Source: Roseiarcus sp.
GTDB taxonomy: Bacteria > Pseudomonadota > Alphaproteobacteria > Rhizobiales > Beijerinckiaceae
Assembly: GCA_036510135.1 (NCBI GenBank)
Contig: DATCEJ010000177.1
Location: 1-46,247 of the forward strand
Reading direction: 5' to 3'
DNA: 46,247 nucleotides
Shown here one piece after another: positions 38,224 to 46,247 of the stretch. Within the stretch, counting starts at the first letter, position 1, and every line of letters begins with the position of its first letter. Under the pieces are notes generated by a model that saw only the letters and a list, made by a program, of their open reading frames with translations, did no database searches and was not told the DNA's origin. The position numbers were made by a program, and so were the translations under genes.

Positions 38224-39342
38224 ATGTCCAATTCCCCTATCCGTATCGGTCTCGTCGGAGCGGGCGCAATCATGCGCCTAAGCCATGCTCCAGTGATCGC
38301 AAAATCCGAGACCGCGACGCTTGCTGCCGTCTTCGATGTCGCCCTGCCACGCGCGGAGGCGATAGTCGCCGAGTTTGGCGGAAAGGCTTTCGACAATCTC
38401 GACGCCATGCTGGAGACGGGCAATGTAGACGCCGTCATCGTCGCGACACCGAACGATGCCCATCCAGCTGGAGTCATCGCTGCGGCCGAGCGAGGCAAAC
38501 ATGTCCTGTGCGAGAAGCCTTTAGCCATTGGCGTTGCGGACTGCCGGCGCATGGTCGAAGCCTGCGAGAAGGCCAAAGTCGTCCTTCAGGTCGGCTTCAA
38601 CCAGCGTTTCTGGAGTCAGGTGCAGATCGCCAAGGCTCTCGTGGACGCCGGTTTCATCGGGAAGGTTCATCAGATGCGCTCGATCTACTCTGAGAAGTCC
38701 ACCGCCTATCCGGCGGCGACGCGCTATCGCTACGACCTCGCCCGATCTGGTGGCGCGACGATCGTCGATCTAACAATTCACCGCATCGACATGGCTCGCC
38801 ACCTAGTGGGCGATGTCGCAGGCGTATTCGCCGAACTCGCGCACAGCCAGCTTCCGGAAAAGGTCGACGACAATGTCTGGCTGCTCACTCGATTCGAGAA
38901 CGGAGGGCGCGGGTGCCTGTCGGGGAATCGATATTCGCCGGACATTGGCGATGGGACCGACCTCTACGGCTCGGACGGGACTATTCATATCGCGAGTGAA
39001 TCGATCAATCCGTACAACGCGTCGCCGCTCGCGGTCTATACCGAAAAGTCCGTGAAGGACTTGCCGGATGTCCTCCGGGAGGCTTGCTATCCTGACGCTT
39101 GGTGGAAAGACTTCGACGGCGGATGGATCACGGTGAAGCCATCGCGGCGCAGTCCGTACGAGGCCCAACTGAAGAGCTTCTGCGGCGCGATTCGAGGCGA
39201 CCATGCGGTGCAGATCACGGGGGTCGACGGCCTGAAGGCGCAGGAAGTGATCCAGGCAGCCTATCTATCGGTGCAGTCTGGCGGATGGGTGACGCTACCG
39301 CTTGCGCCGGACGCGCCCTTTTTGATCCCCACCTATGCATAG
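38224..39342 (+). CDS. Gfo/Idh/MocA oxidoreductase
   Basis: GAGAI, ATPN..H, CEKPL, GFNQRF, GG...DL.IH.ID. Confidence 0.92.
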   Translation: MSNSPIRIGLVGAGAIMRLSHAPVIAKSETATLAAVFDVALPRAEAIVAEFGGKAFDNLDAMLETGNVDAVIVATPNDAHPAGVIAAAERGKHVLCEKPLAIGVADCRRMVEACEKAKVVLQVGFNQRFWSQVQIAKALVDAGFIGKVHQMRSIYSEKSTAYPAATRYRYDLARSGGATIVDLTIHRIDMARHLVGDVAGVFAELAHSQLPEKVDDNVWLLTRFENGGRGCLSGNRYSPDIGDGTDLYGSDGTIHIASESINPYNASPLAVYTEKSVKDLPDVLREACYPDAWWKDFDGGWITVKPSRRSPYEAQLKSFCGAIRGDHAVQITGVDGLKAQEVIQAAYLSVQSGGWVTLPLAPDAPFLIPTYA

Positions 39343-39407
39343 TTGGTCCATATTCGCCCTCTTCCCGAGTTCCGCCGTTCCGCGACGTCTGTTCCGGAGA
39401 TCGCTCC

Positions 39408-40199
39408 ATGAACTCTAACGCCGGGCACGGCGAAGCGCCGTCAGGACCGGCCGCGGGCGAGTTCCTGAAGCTCCGCGGAATAGGCAAGCGTTGGGGCGCC
39501 ATCACCGCTCTCGAGGACGTCGATCTCGAGATCCGGCGCGGAGAGGTGCTCGGCCTCCTCGGCGACAACGGCGCTGGCAAGACGACGCTCGTCAATGTGA
39601 TCTCGGGCGTCTTCACACCGACCAGCGGGAGCATTGAATGCTCCGGCATCCCGGTAAAAATCAACACACCGGACCGAGCTCACGGGCTCGGTATCGAAAC
39701 CGTGTTTCAGGATCTCGCGCTGCTGCCGAACCTGGCGGTCGCCGATAACCTCTTCATCGCGCGAGAGCGGACCATCGATATTATTCCTGGTCTCATTCGC
39801 GTGCTGAAGCGGCGCGAGATGGAGCGCGACGCGGCGGAAACGTTGAAAAAACTGGATATCCATATTCCCTCGCTGCGGGTCAATGTGGATAGCCTTTCCG
39901 GGGGCCAACGTCAGGCGATCGCCATTGCCCGGGCCATTCGTTGGAAAGCCAACCTCGTCATACTTGACGAACCCACCGCCGCCCTCAGCGTGCCGGAGCA
40001 AAACAAGGTTCTATCGCTCACCCGGCAACTCGCGAATCAAGGCGTCGCAGTCCTCTACATCACGCACAACATGGGCGACGTGATGCACGTGACCGATCGA
40101 ATCGCGGTTCTCTATCGAGGCCGCAAGGCCGGTGAAATGTATACGGCGGAGACGACTGAAAAGGAGATCGTTCACGTGATTATGTCTGGGCAACGCTAG
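39408..40199 (+). CDS. Single-domain sugar ABC ATPase (FrcA-type)
   Basis: GDNGAGKT, FQDLAL, LSGGQRQ, LDEPTAAL, THN. ATG 39408 after GGAGA. Confidence 0.92.
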   Translation: MNSNAGHGEAPSGPAAGEFLKLRGIGKRWGAITALEDVDLEIRRGEVLGLLGDNGAGKTTLVNVISGVFTPTSGSIECSGIPVKINTPDRAHGLGIETVFQDLALLPNLAVADNLFIARERTIDIIPGLIRVLKRREMERDAAETLKKLDIHIPSLRVNVDSLSGGQRQAIAIARAIRWKANLVILDEPTAALSVPEQNKVLSLTRQLANQGVAVLYITHNMGDVMHVTDRIAVLYRGRKAGEMYTAETTEKEIVHVIMSGQR

Positions 40200-40276
40200 G
40201 CCGGGCGGATCGGACGACGAGTACGAATCGCAGTGACTCTGTGCGCAAGGGCGCGCGAAGGCTTAGGAGAAAAGTT

Positions 40277-42118
40277 ATGTCGACCATTCGTCTCACCATG
40301 GCGCAGGCACTGGTCCGATTTCTCTGCAATCAATTCACCATCGTGGACGGGGAGCGAGTTCCGCTGTTTCCGGGTGTCTTCGCCATCTTCGGCCACGGCA
40401 ACGTGACGTGCCTCGCGGAGGCGCTCGAAAGTGTCAAGGACAGGCTACCCACTTGGAGGGGCCAGAACGAGCAGTCGATGGCGCTCGCGGCGATCGGATT
40501 CACGAAGTCGAAGCTGCGCCGGCAGATCATGATCGCAGCCTCCTCTATCGGACCGGGAGCGCTCAATATGGTGACCGCCGCCGGAGTTGCGCATTCGAAT
40601 CGTCTTCCGCTCCTCATCCTGTCGGGCGACACATTCGTTAACCGTCGCCCCGATCCGGTCCTCCAGCAGGTGGAACATTTCGACGATCCCACTGTGAACA
40701 TTAACGACGCCTTCAAAGCGGTGACGCGATACTGGGACCGGATCGTCCATCCCGAGCAGATCATGTCATCGTTGCCTCATGCGGTGGCGACGATGCTTGA
40801 CCCGGGAGATTGCGGTCCGGCCTTTATTGGGCTGCCCCAGGATGTGCAGGAGATTGCGGTCGACTACCCTGCCGCGTTCTTCGAAGAGACCGTCCACATT
40901 CTGCCCCGTCCTCGTCCCGACCGCGAGCGGCTGGCGGAGGCGATTCGGCTCCTCACTTCGGCCAAGCGGCCGCTGATTATTGCCGGCGGAGGAGTCCGAT
41001 ACTCCGGAGCAGGAGAGGTGCTCGGCAAACTTGCCGCCGAGCATGGCGTTCCGCTCAGCGAAACCATCGCGGGCAAGGGCGGGGTGGCGCACGATCACCC
41101 GGCCCATGTCGGACCAATCGGCATTTCCGGATCGCTCTCGGCCAACGCGCTTGCCGCTGAGGCCGACCTCATCCTCGCGGTCGGCACGCGCCTGGCCGAT
41201 TTCACCACGGGATCGTGGACCTGTTTCTCGCCCGACGCGAAGTTCGTTTCCATCAACGCGGCGCGCTACGACGCGACCAAGCATCGCGCTCTTGCCGTTG
41301 TCGCGGATGCGCGGGAAGCGCTCGCGGAACTCGCGGCGGGTCTGACCGGCTGGAAGGCGGAGACCGGGTGGACAAAGAAGAGCCGGCTCGAGTTTGCGAA
41401 GTGGAATGATGTGCTCGACGGGATTCAGAAGCCGACTAACAGCGAGCATCCGAGCTACGCGCAGGTCATTGGCGTCGTGAACGCCGTGGCCGACGACCGC
41501 GATGTCGTGATTGCTGCGGCTGGCGGCCTGCCGGGCGAGGTCAGCAAGAATTGGCGGGTGAAGACTCCGAATACGGTCGACATCGAGTATGGCTTCTCTT
41601 GCATGGGATATGAACTCGCGGCCGGATGGGGAGCCGCGATGGCCGACCCCAGCCGTACGCCGATCGTCATGGTCGGGGACGGCAGCTATCTGATGATGAA
41701 CTCCGACATCTATTCATCCGTTCTTACAGGTCACAAGATGATCGTGGTCGTCTGCGACAATGGCGGATACGCGATCATAGACCGTCTGCAGAACGCTGCG
41801 GGCGGCGTGCGTTTCAACAACATGATCCGGGATTGCCGGGTCAAGCAGGCGTTCGGGGTCGATTTCGTGCAGCATGCAGGCTCAATGGGCGCGCTCACCC
41901 GTCGTGTCGAAAGCCTTGCGGATCTTCGGTCGGCGATCGAGTGGGCCAAGACAACCGATAGAACGACGGTGATCACGATCACTGTCGATGAAAACGCATG
42001 GTCGCCCGGCGACGTATTCTGGGACATTGGCGTTCCGGAGGTGAGCGAACGTGAGAGTGTCCGCGCCGCCGCCGCCGCGCAGAAGAAAAACCGCAAGAAG
42101 CAGCGAGTCGGCGTCTGA
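40277..42118 (+). CDS. iolD: 3D-(3,5/4)-trihydroxycyclohexane-1,2-dione acylhydrolase (ThDP-dependent)
   Basis: MSTIRLTMAQAL, IFGHGNV, NEQ.MA, SIGPG, PDPVLQQ.E, EYGFSCMGYE, GDGSY.MMN, W...VPEVS. Confidence 0.93.
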   Translation: MSTIRLTMAQALVRFLCNQFTIVDGERVPLFPGVFAIFGHGNVTCLAEALESVKDRLPTWRGQNEQSMALAAIGFTKSKLRRQIMIAASSIGPGALNMVTAAGVAHSNRLPLLILSGDTFVNRRPDPVLQQVEHFDDPTVNINDAFKAVTRYWDRIVHPEQIMSSLPHAVATMLDPGDCGPAFIGLPQDVQEIAVDYPAAFFEETVHILPRPRPDRERLAEAIRLLTSAKRPLIIAGGGVRYSGAGEVLGKLAAEHGVPLSETIAGKGGVAHDHPAHVGPIGISGSLSANALAAEADLILAVGTRLADFTTGSWTCFSPDAKFVSINAARYDATKHRALAVVADAREALAELAAGLTGWKAETGWTKKSRLEFAKWNDVLDGIQKPTNSEHPSYAQVIGVVNAVADDRDVVIAAAGGLPGEVSKNWRVKTPNTVDIEYGFSCMGYELAAGWGAAMADPSRTPIVMVGDGSYLMMNSDIYSSVLTGHKMIVVVCDNGGYAIIDRLQNAAGGVRFNNMIRDCRVKQAFGVDFVQHAGSMGALTRRVESLADLRSAIEWAKTTDRTTVITITVDENAWSPGDVFWDIGVPEVSERESVRAAAAAQKKNRKKQRVGV

Positions 42119-42175
42119 CTTTTTTGTCGATTCCATTTGGAGTCGACCGACAAATCAGAGACTGAAGAGACGCAC

Positions 42176-43129
42176 ATGAAGATTGGAATGGTGTCGGATT
42201 CTCTGGGGAATCTCGGGTTCGAGGCTATGCTCGACGCAGCCGCCGCACTCGGCATCCAGGGCCTCGAGATGAATACCGGGAATTGGTCGGCGGCGCCTCA
42301 CCTTGACCTCGACAAGCTATTATCGAGCGAGAGCGAACGGCGTGGTTTTCTCAAGGCTTTCGCAGACCGGCGACTCGAGCTCATCGCGCTGAACGCGAAC
42401 GGCAATCAGCTTCATCCAACGGACGGCGATCGGCAATCCAAGGTCATTTACGACACGGTGCGTCTCGCCGGTCTCCTCGGAGTGACGAGGGTCAGCATGA
42501 TGTCTGGACTGCCCGGAGGCGCGCCCGGCGACAGCATGCCGAACTGGATCGTCTCATCTTGGCCGCCGGAGACCCAGTCGATCCTCAGGTGGCAATGGGA
42601 AGAAAAGCTTCTGCCCTATTGGCGACGGCTTGCGGACGCTGCCCGAGCCAACGGCGTCAAGCAGCTGTGCATTGAGCTCCACGGCAACCAGCTCGTCTAC
42701 AATGTGCCGTCGCTGCTGAAGCTTCGTAAGGAAATAGGCGACATCGTCGGCGCCAACCTCGACCCGAGCCATCTCATGTGGATGGACGCCGATCCAATCG
42801 CCGCAGTCGATGCGCTGGGCGATGCGATTTACCACGCCCACGCGAAAGACACCTTCGTCAATCCCGCCGTCTGCGGCACAACAAGTCGGCTCGAGAACGG
42901 TCCCATGGCTCAAACCTCTGCCCGCTCCTGGAGCTATATCACGCTCGGTTATGGCCACGATGAATGGTGGTGGCGGGCGTTCTGCTACCGCCTGCGCATG
43001 AACGGCTACGATGGTTGGCTCTCTATCGAGCATGAGGACGTCGTTCTTTCGCGGATCGAAGGCGTCCGACGGTCTGTCGAACTGCTGCAGCGTGTCGCGC
43101 CAGTCGAAGTGAGCGACTACGTCCCGTAG
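42176..43129 (+). CDS. Sugar-phosphate isomerase/epimerase TIM barrel (PNW..WP..WQW subfamily), not IolE
   Basis: GN.LHP, SG.PG, PNW...WP, WQWEEK, E.H, N.DPSH, H.KD, SIEHED. Confidence 0.9.
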   Translation: MKIGMVSDSLGNLGFEAMLDAAAALGIQGLEMNTGNWSAAPHLDLDKLLSSESERRGFLKAFADRRLELIALNANGNQLHPTDGDRQSKVIYDTVRLAGLLGVTRVSMMSGLPGGAPGDSMPNWIVSSWPPETQSILRWQWEEKLLPYWRRLADAARANGVKQLCIELHGNQLVYNVPSLLKLRKEIGDIVGANLDPSHLMWMDADPIAAVDALGDAIYHAHAKDTFVNPAVCGTTSRLENGPMAQTSARSWSYITLGYGHDEWWWRAFCYRLRMNGYDGWLSIEHEDVVLSRIEGVRRSVELLQRVAPVEVSDYVP

Positions 43130-43182
43130 GGCGATGGCGTATCTTTCCAGACGCCGACGTCAAAATCAGTTTTGCAGGCATC

Positions 43183-44373
43183 ATGAACGAGAGGACAGGC
43201 GACGTGAAAGAGCTGAACATCGCCATGATCGGCACAGGCTTCATGGGCAAGGCGCATTCGCTGGCCTATTCGGCGATGCCGCTATTCTTCTGGCCGCCGC
43301 CGGCGACCCCAGTCCGGAAGGTCGTCGTAGACGTAACCGACGATCTCGCCTCATCCGCAAGGGATCGTCTAGGCTTCGCGGATTACGCCACCGATTGGAA
43401 GGATGTCGTCGGCCGCTCGGACATCGACGTTGTGGATATCTGTACACCCAACAACTGCCATGCGGAGATCGCTATCGCGGCGGCGAAGGCGGGCAAGCAC
43501 ATCCTTTGCGAGAAGCCGTTGGCGCTCGATGCGGCCGAGGCCAAAACGATGCTCGACGCCGTTGAGGCCGCGGGCGTGACCCATATGGTGGCGTTCAACT
43601 ACCGCCATACTCCCGCGGTTATCATGGCTAAGCAGCTCGTCGACGCGGGTCGGATCGGCCAAATCCTGACGTTTCATGGCCGATATCTGCAAGATTGGTC
43701 GGCCGATCCAGGCACTCCCCTTTCCTGGCGCTTTCAGAAGAAACTCGCCGGCTCGGGGGCTCTGGGCGACGTTGGCACCCATATTATCGACATGACCCGC
43801 TACATCGTTGGCGAGCTTGAGTCCGTGAACGCAATTGTCCGCACGCATATTCCGGAACGCCCGCGCCAGAAGGGCGCCTTCGACAAGATGGCGTCCGCGC
43901 AACGCGATGCCTCCGGTCCGAAGGGACCGGTTGATGTCGACGATGCGCTCATCACCATGATCCGCTTCGCCAACGGCGCGGCCGGCACGATCGAGGCTTC
44001 CCGCAACGCGTACGGTCATCACAATGGGCTCGGCTTCGAGATCAACGGAACGAAAGGCAGCATCATCTTTGATTACCAGCGCCTAAACGAGCTCCAGGTG
44101 ATGTTCGCCGATGACCCGATCGAGCTGCACGGATTCCGCACCCTCCATATGGGCCCGGCGCACCCCTATGGAGAACACCTCTGGCCGATTCCCGGCCTCG
44201 GGGTCGGCTATATCGACGTCAAGATCATCGAGTGCTTCAACTTCATCAAGGCGGTCATTGAGGGTCGGCCAGGCGAACCCAATTTCCGTGACGGATACGA
44301 GATTGCACGGATCAGCGACGCAATTGTCGCGTCGGGAGTGAGCCAAAAGTGGGAGTCAGTGGCCGACTATTGA
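43183..44373 (+). CDS. Gfo/Idh/MocA oxidoreductase closely resembling levoglucosan dehydrogenase (LGDH/LgdA)
   Basis: FMGKAHSLAY.AMP.FFWP, AFNYR.TP, YLQDWSADP..PLSWRFQK..AGSGALGD..TH, GPKGPVDVDD, GPAHPYGE.LWPIP.LG.GY...KIIE match my recollection of Pseudarthrobacter LGDH. The start may be GTG 43204. Confidence 0.8.
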   Translation: MNERTGDVKELNIAMIGTGFMGKAHSLAYSAMPLFFWPPPATPVRKVVVDVTDDLASSARDRLGFADYATDWKDVVGRSDIDVVDICTPNNCHAEIAIAAAKAGKHILCEKPLALDAAEAKTMLDAVEAAGVTHMVAFNYRHTPAVIMAKQLVDAGRIGQILTFHGRYLQDWSADPGTPLSWRFQKKLAGSGALGDVGTHIIDMTRYIVGELESVNAIVRTHIPERPRQKGAFDKMASAQRDASGPKGPVDVDDALITMIRFANGAAGTIEASRNAYGHHNGLGFEINGTKGSIIFDYQRLNELQVMFADDPIELHGFRTLHMGPAHPYGEHLWPIPGLGVGYIDVKIIECFNFIKAVIEGRPGEPNFRDGYEIARISDAIVASGVSQKWESVADY

Positions 44374-44376
44374 GCT

Positions 44377-44517
44377 GGCGACTCGGCGATGATTTCGGCA
44401 CACCTGATCGCCTCGCCAATCATCCGGAAGGTCTCGTTGACCGGATCGGTTCCCATCGGCAAACACATCCTGCGGCTCTGCGCGGATGGGGTGAAGAAAG
44501 TCTCGATGGAGTCCTGA
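44377..44517 (+). pseudogene. Internal fragment of an NAD-dependent (succinate-semialdehyde-type) aldehyde dehydrogenase
   Basis: GDSAMISAHLIASPIIRKVSLTGSVPIGKHILRLCADGVKKVSME: the xTGS motif, breaking exactly at ME(LGG). Confidence 0.8.
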
Positions 44518-44519
44518 GA

Positions 44520-44790
44520 CCGGCGAGATCGCCCGCCCAGGCGCCGTTCGAGCGGCAGGCCGAACTTATCCTCGAGCAGATGAAGACGGCGCTCGAGGCG
44601 GCTGGCTCTGACCTCGACCACGTGCTCAAGTGCAACGTGCTCTGCATCTCGGCCGAGCGCTTCCAAGTCTTCAACGCAATCTACAAGCGTTATTTCCCGA
44701 AAAACCCGCGGCGCGGATCTTCGTCTGCGTGCCGGAGTGGACCGGGCCCTTCGACGTCGAGATCGGCGGCATCGCCGTCACGAGGAGCTG
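44520..44790 (+). pseudogene. RidA/YjgF-family remnant
   Basis: RQAELILEQMKTALEAAGSDLDHVLKCNV...N.IY..YF, frameshift, ARIFV...FDVEI..IA. No N-terminus. Confidence 0.8.
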
Positions 44791-44843
44791 TCTCCGCGGG
44801 CGATGCGCGGTAACGATTATTGATTAGTATCAGTGGATTATCT

Positions 44844-44917
44844 TGGAGCGGGCGAAGGGAATCGAACCCTCGTATGAAGCTTGGGAAGCTTCCGTTCTAC
44901 CATTGAACTACGCCCGC
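44844..44917 (-). tRNA. tRNA-Gly(CCC)
   Basis: GCGGGCGTAGTTCAATGGTAGAACGGAAGCTTCCCAAGCTTCATACGAGGGTTCGATTCCCTTCGCCCGCTCCA; cloverleaf, 74 nt. Confidence 0.97.
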
Positions 44918-44935
44918 TCGGGTCGCCTTCGGCGA

Positions 44936-45011
44936 TGGCAGGAGAGGCGAGACTCGAACTCGCAACCCCCGGTTTTGGAGACCGGTGCTCTACCAATTGA
45001 GCTACACTCCT
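44936..45011 (-). tRNA. tRNA-Trp(CCA)
   Basis: AGGAGTGTAGCTCAATTGGTAGAGCACCGGTCTCCAAAACCGGGGGTTGCGAGTTCGAGTCTCGCCTCTCCTGCCA; 76 nt. Confidence 0.97.
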
Positions 45012-45160
45012 ATCAGCGCCGTTCATGCCGCAACCCGCGCCCGGACGCAAGGGTGGGCGGTTCGAGGGGGTTCGAGGGGCCCGCTTGACTTCGCCGCCTC
45101 CCATCGCCAGTTATCCGCGCGGCCCACGTCTCCCCCCGTGCGGTTCGCGCTAAGGATTTG

Positions 45161-46114
45161 ATGCGCACTTATCTCAGCTTTGAAACGGCGGTCGCGGATA
45201 TCGAGGCCCGTCTCGATGAAATGCGCGCCGTGGCCGAGAAAGGCGATTCGCCCGCGCTCGCCGAGGAACTCACGAAGCTTGAGGCCAGAGCCGAGAAGGC
45301 GCTGGCCGATCTCTACGCGAGCCTCACGCCCTGGCAGAAGACGATGGTCGCGCGCGCCCAGGGGCGTCCGCGTTTCGGCGACTACATCAAGGGGCTCGTC
45401 ACCGAGTTCACGCCTTTGGCCGGCGACCGCTATTTCGGCGAGGACGAAGCCATCGTCGGCGGCCTTGGAAGATTCGAGGGCGAGTCGGTCTGTGTCATCG
45501 GCCAGGAGAAGGGCGACGACACGGCGAGCCGGGTGCGGCACAATTTCGGCATGGCGCGACCGGAGGGCTATCGCAAGGCGACGCGCCTGATGGAGCTTGC
45601 CGACCGCTTCGGCCTGCCGGTGATCTCTCTTATCGACACGGCGGGCGCCTTCCCGGGCGTCGAGGCCGAGGAGCGCGGCCAGGCCGAAGCCATCGCCCGC
45701 TCGATCGACACCTGTCTCTCAATCGGCGTGCCCAACATCGGAATGGTGATCGGCGAGGGCGGTTCCGGCGGCGCGCTCGCGATCGCCGCCTGCAACACCG
45801 TGCTCATGCTCGAACACGCCATCTACACCGTGGCCTCGCCGGAAGCCGCCGCCTCGATCCTCTGGCGCGATTCCTCGCGCGCGCAGGAGGCGGCGACCGG
45901 CATGAAGATCACCGCGCAGGACCTGATCAAGTTCGGCCTCATCGACGGAATCGTTCCCGAGCCGCTCGGCGGCGCGCACCGCGATCCGGCCGCAACGATC
46001 GCCTCCGCCGGGCGCGGGCTCAGCGATGCGCTCAAGTCTCTGCACAATCTGGGTCCGGACGAACTCCGCAACGCGCGGGCGGAGAAATTCTTGGCGATGG
46101 GACGGAAGATATGA
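45161..46114 (+). CDS. accA: Acetyl-CoA carboxylase carboxyltransferase alpha subunit
   Basis: YL.FE, LTPWQ..VAR, FGM.RPEGYRKA.RLM, DT.GA.PG..AEERGQ, GEGGSGGA, EP.GGAHR. Confidence 0.97.
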   Translation: MRTYLSFETAVADIEARLDEMRAVAEKGDSPALAEELTKLEARAEKALADLYASLTPWQKTMVARAQGRPRFGDYIKGLVTEFTPLAGDRYFGEDEAIVGGLGRFEGESVCVIGQEKGDDTASRVRHNFGMARPEGYRKATRLMELADRFGLPVISLIDTAGAFPGVEAEERGQAEAIARSIDTCLSIGVPNIGMVIGEGGSGGALAIAACNTVLMLEHAIYTVASPEAAASILWRDSSRAQEAATGMKITAQDLIKFGLIDGIVPEPLGGAHRDPAATIASAGRGLSDALKSLHNLGPDELRNARAEKFLAMGRKI

Positions 46115-46116
46115 TT

Positions 46117-46221
46117 GTCATTCCAGGCTAGGCACGAGGCCTGACCGGGAATCCAGGATTTCGACGTGTTCGCGACGCGGGCTGGATTCGCGATCGCTCG
46201 CTCCGCGACCGTCGGGAATAC
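46117..46221. repeat. Intergenic palindromic REP/RIME-like element (GTCATTCC...GGAATCCA...TGGATTC...GGAAT.C)
   Basis: Nested inverted repeats directly after the accA stop, typical of alphaproteobacterial CGTC-type repeats. Confidence 0.65.
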
Positions 46222-46247
46222 GGGGGGGAATATGCTGCAGACATGGC

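Larger units (their letters stand above)
111..44843. mobile_element. Probable degraded genomic island / accessory region abutting the 3' end of tRNA-Gly(CCC)
   Basis: Accessory catabolic modules, many pseudogenes, a umuC remnant and a transposon end. AT-rich att-like arm at 44811-44843 next to the tRNA CCA. Housekeeping accA lies beyond. No integrase or tRNA-Gly direct repeat is seen in the window. Confidence 0.5.

Noticed and set aside
42126-42147. Hairpin between iolD and the TIM-barrel gene
   Set aside because: 2-nt loop and no downstream U-tract; not called as a terminator.
44936-45011. U6-U67 mismatch in the tRNA-Trp acceptor stem
   Set aside because: A single mismatch with all other elements intact is not enough to call a pseudo-tRNA or recoding.

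Overview
GC-rich alphaproteobacterial (Rhizobiales-like) DNA. About 44.8 kb of accessory, island-like sequence runs from a TGT...ACA transposon end at the left edge (1-110) to the 3' end of tRNA-Gly(CCC). Core genes follow: tRNA-Gly, tRNA-Trp, accA and a palindromic repeat. Intact modules: (i) a signal-peptide-less BNR/Asp-box beta-propeller protein with four Ig-like repeats and a metallothionein-like Cys/Asp tail, coupled to a charged 106-aa ORF and followed by an 80-aa two-TM protein; (ii) a GntR-ABM-HpcH-2-hydroxyacid dehydrogenase sugar-acid cluster; (iii) a GMC-DoxX-cupin-VOC / gluconolactonase / glucose dehydrogenase / debranching-enzyme module with EcfG-type (general stress) promoters; (iv) a LacI-controlled polyol ABC plus mannitol dehydrogenase operon; (v) an IclR-linked ABC operon combining a levoglucosan-dehydrogenase-like enzyme, a second Gfo/Idh/MocA, TIM-barrel enzymes and IolD, without iolE/iolB/iolC. 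Between these modules lie many short, directly abutting gene fragments (LanC, tannase, LivFG, UmuC, GH15-ricin, ALDH, RidA, SDR, permeases). The best candidates for undescribed systems are modules (v) and (i). All family calls come from motif recognition, not database searches.
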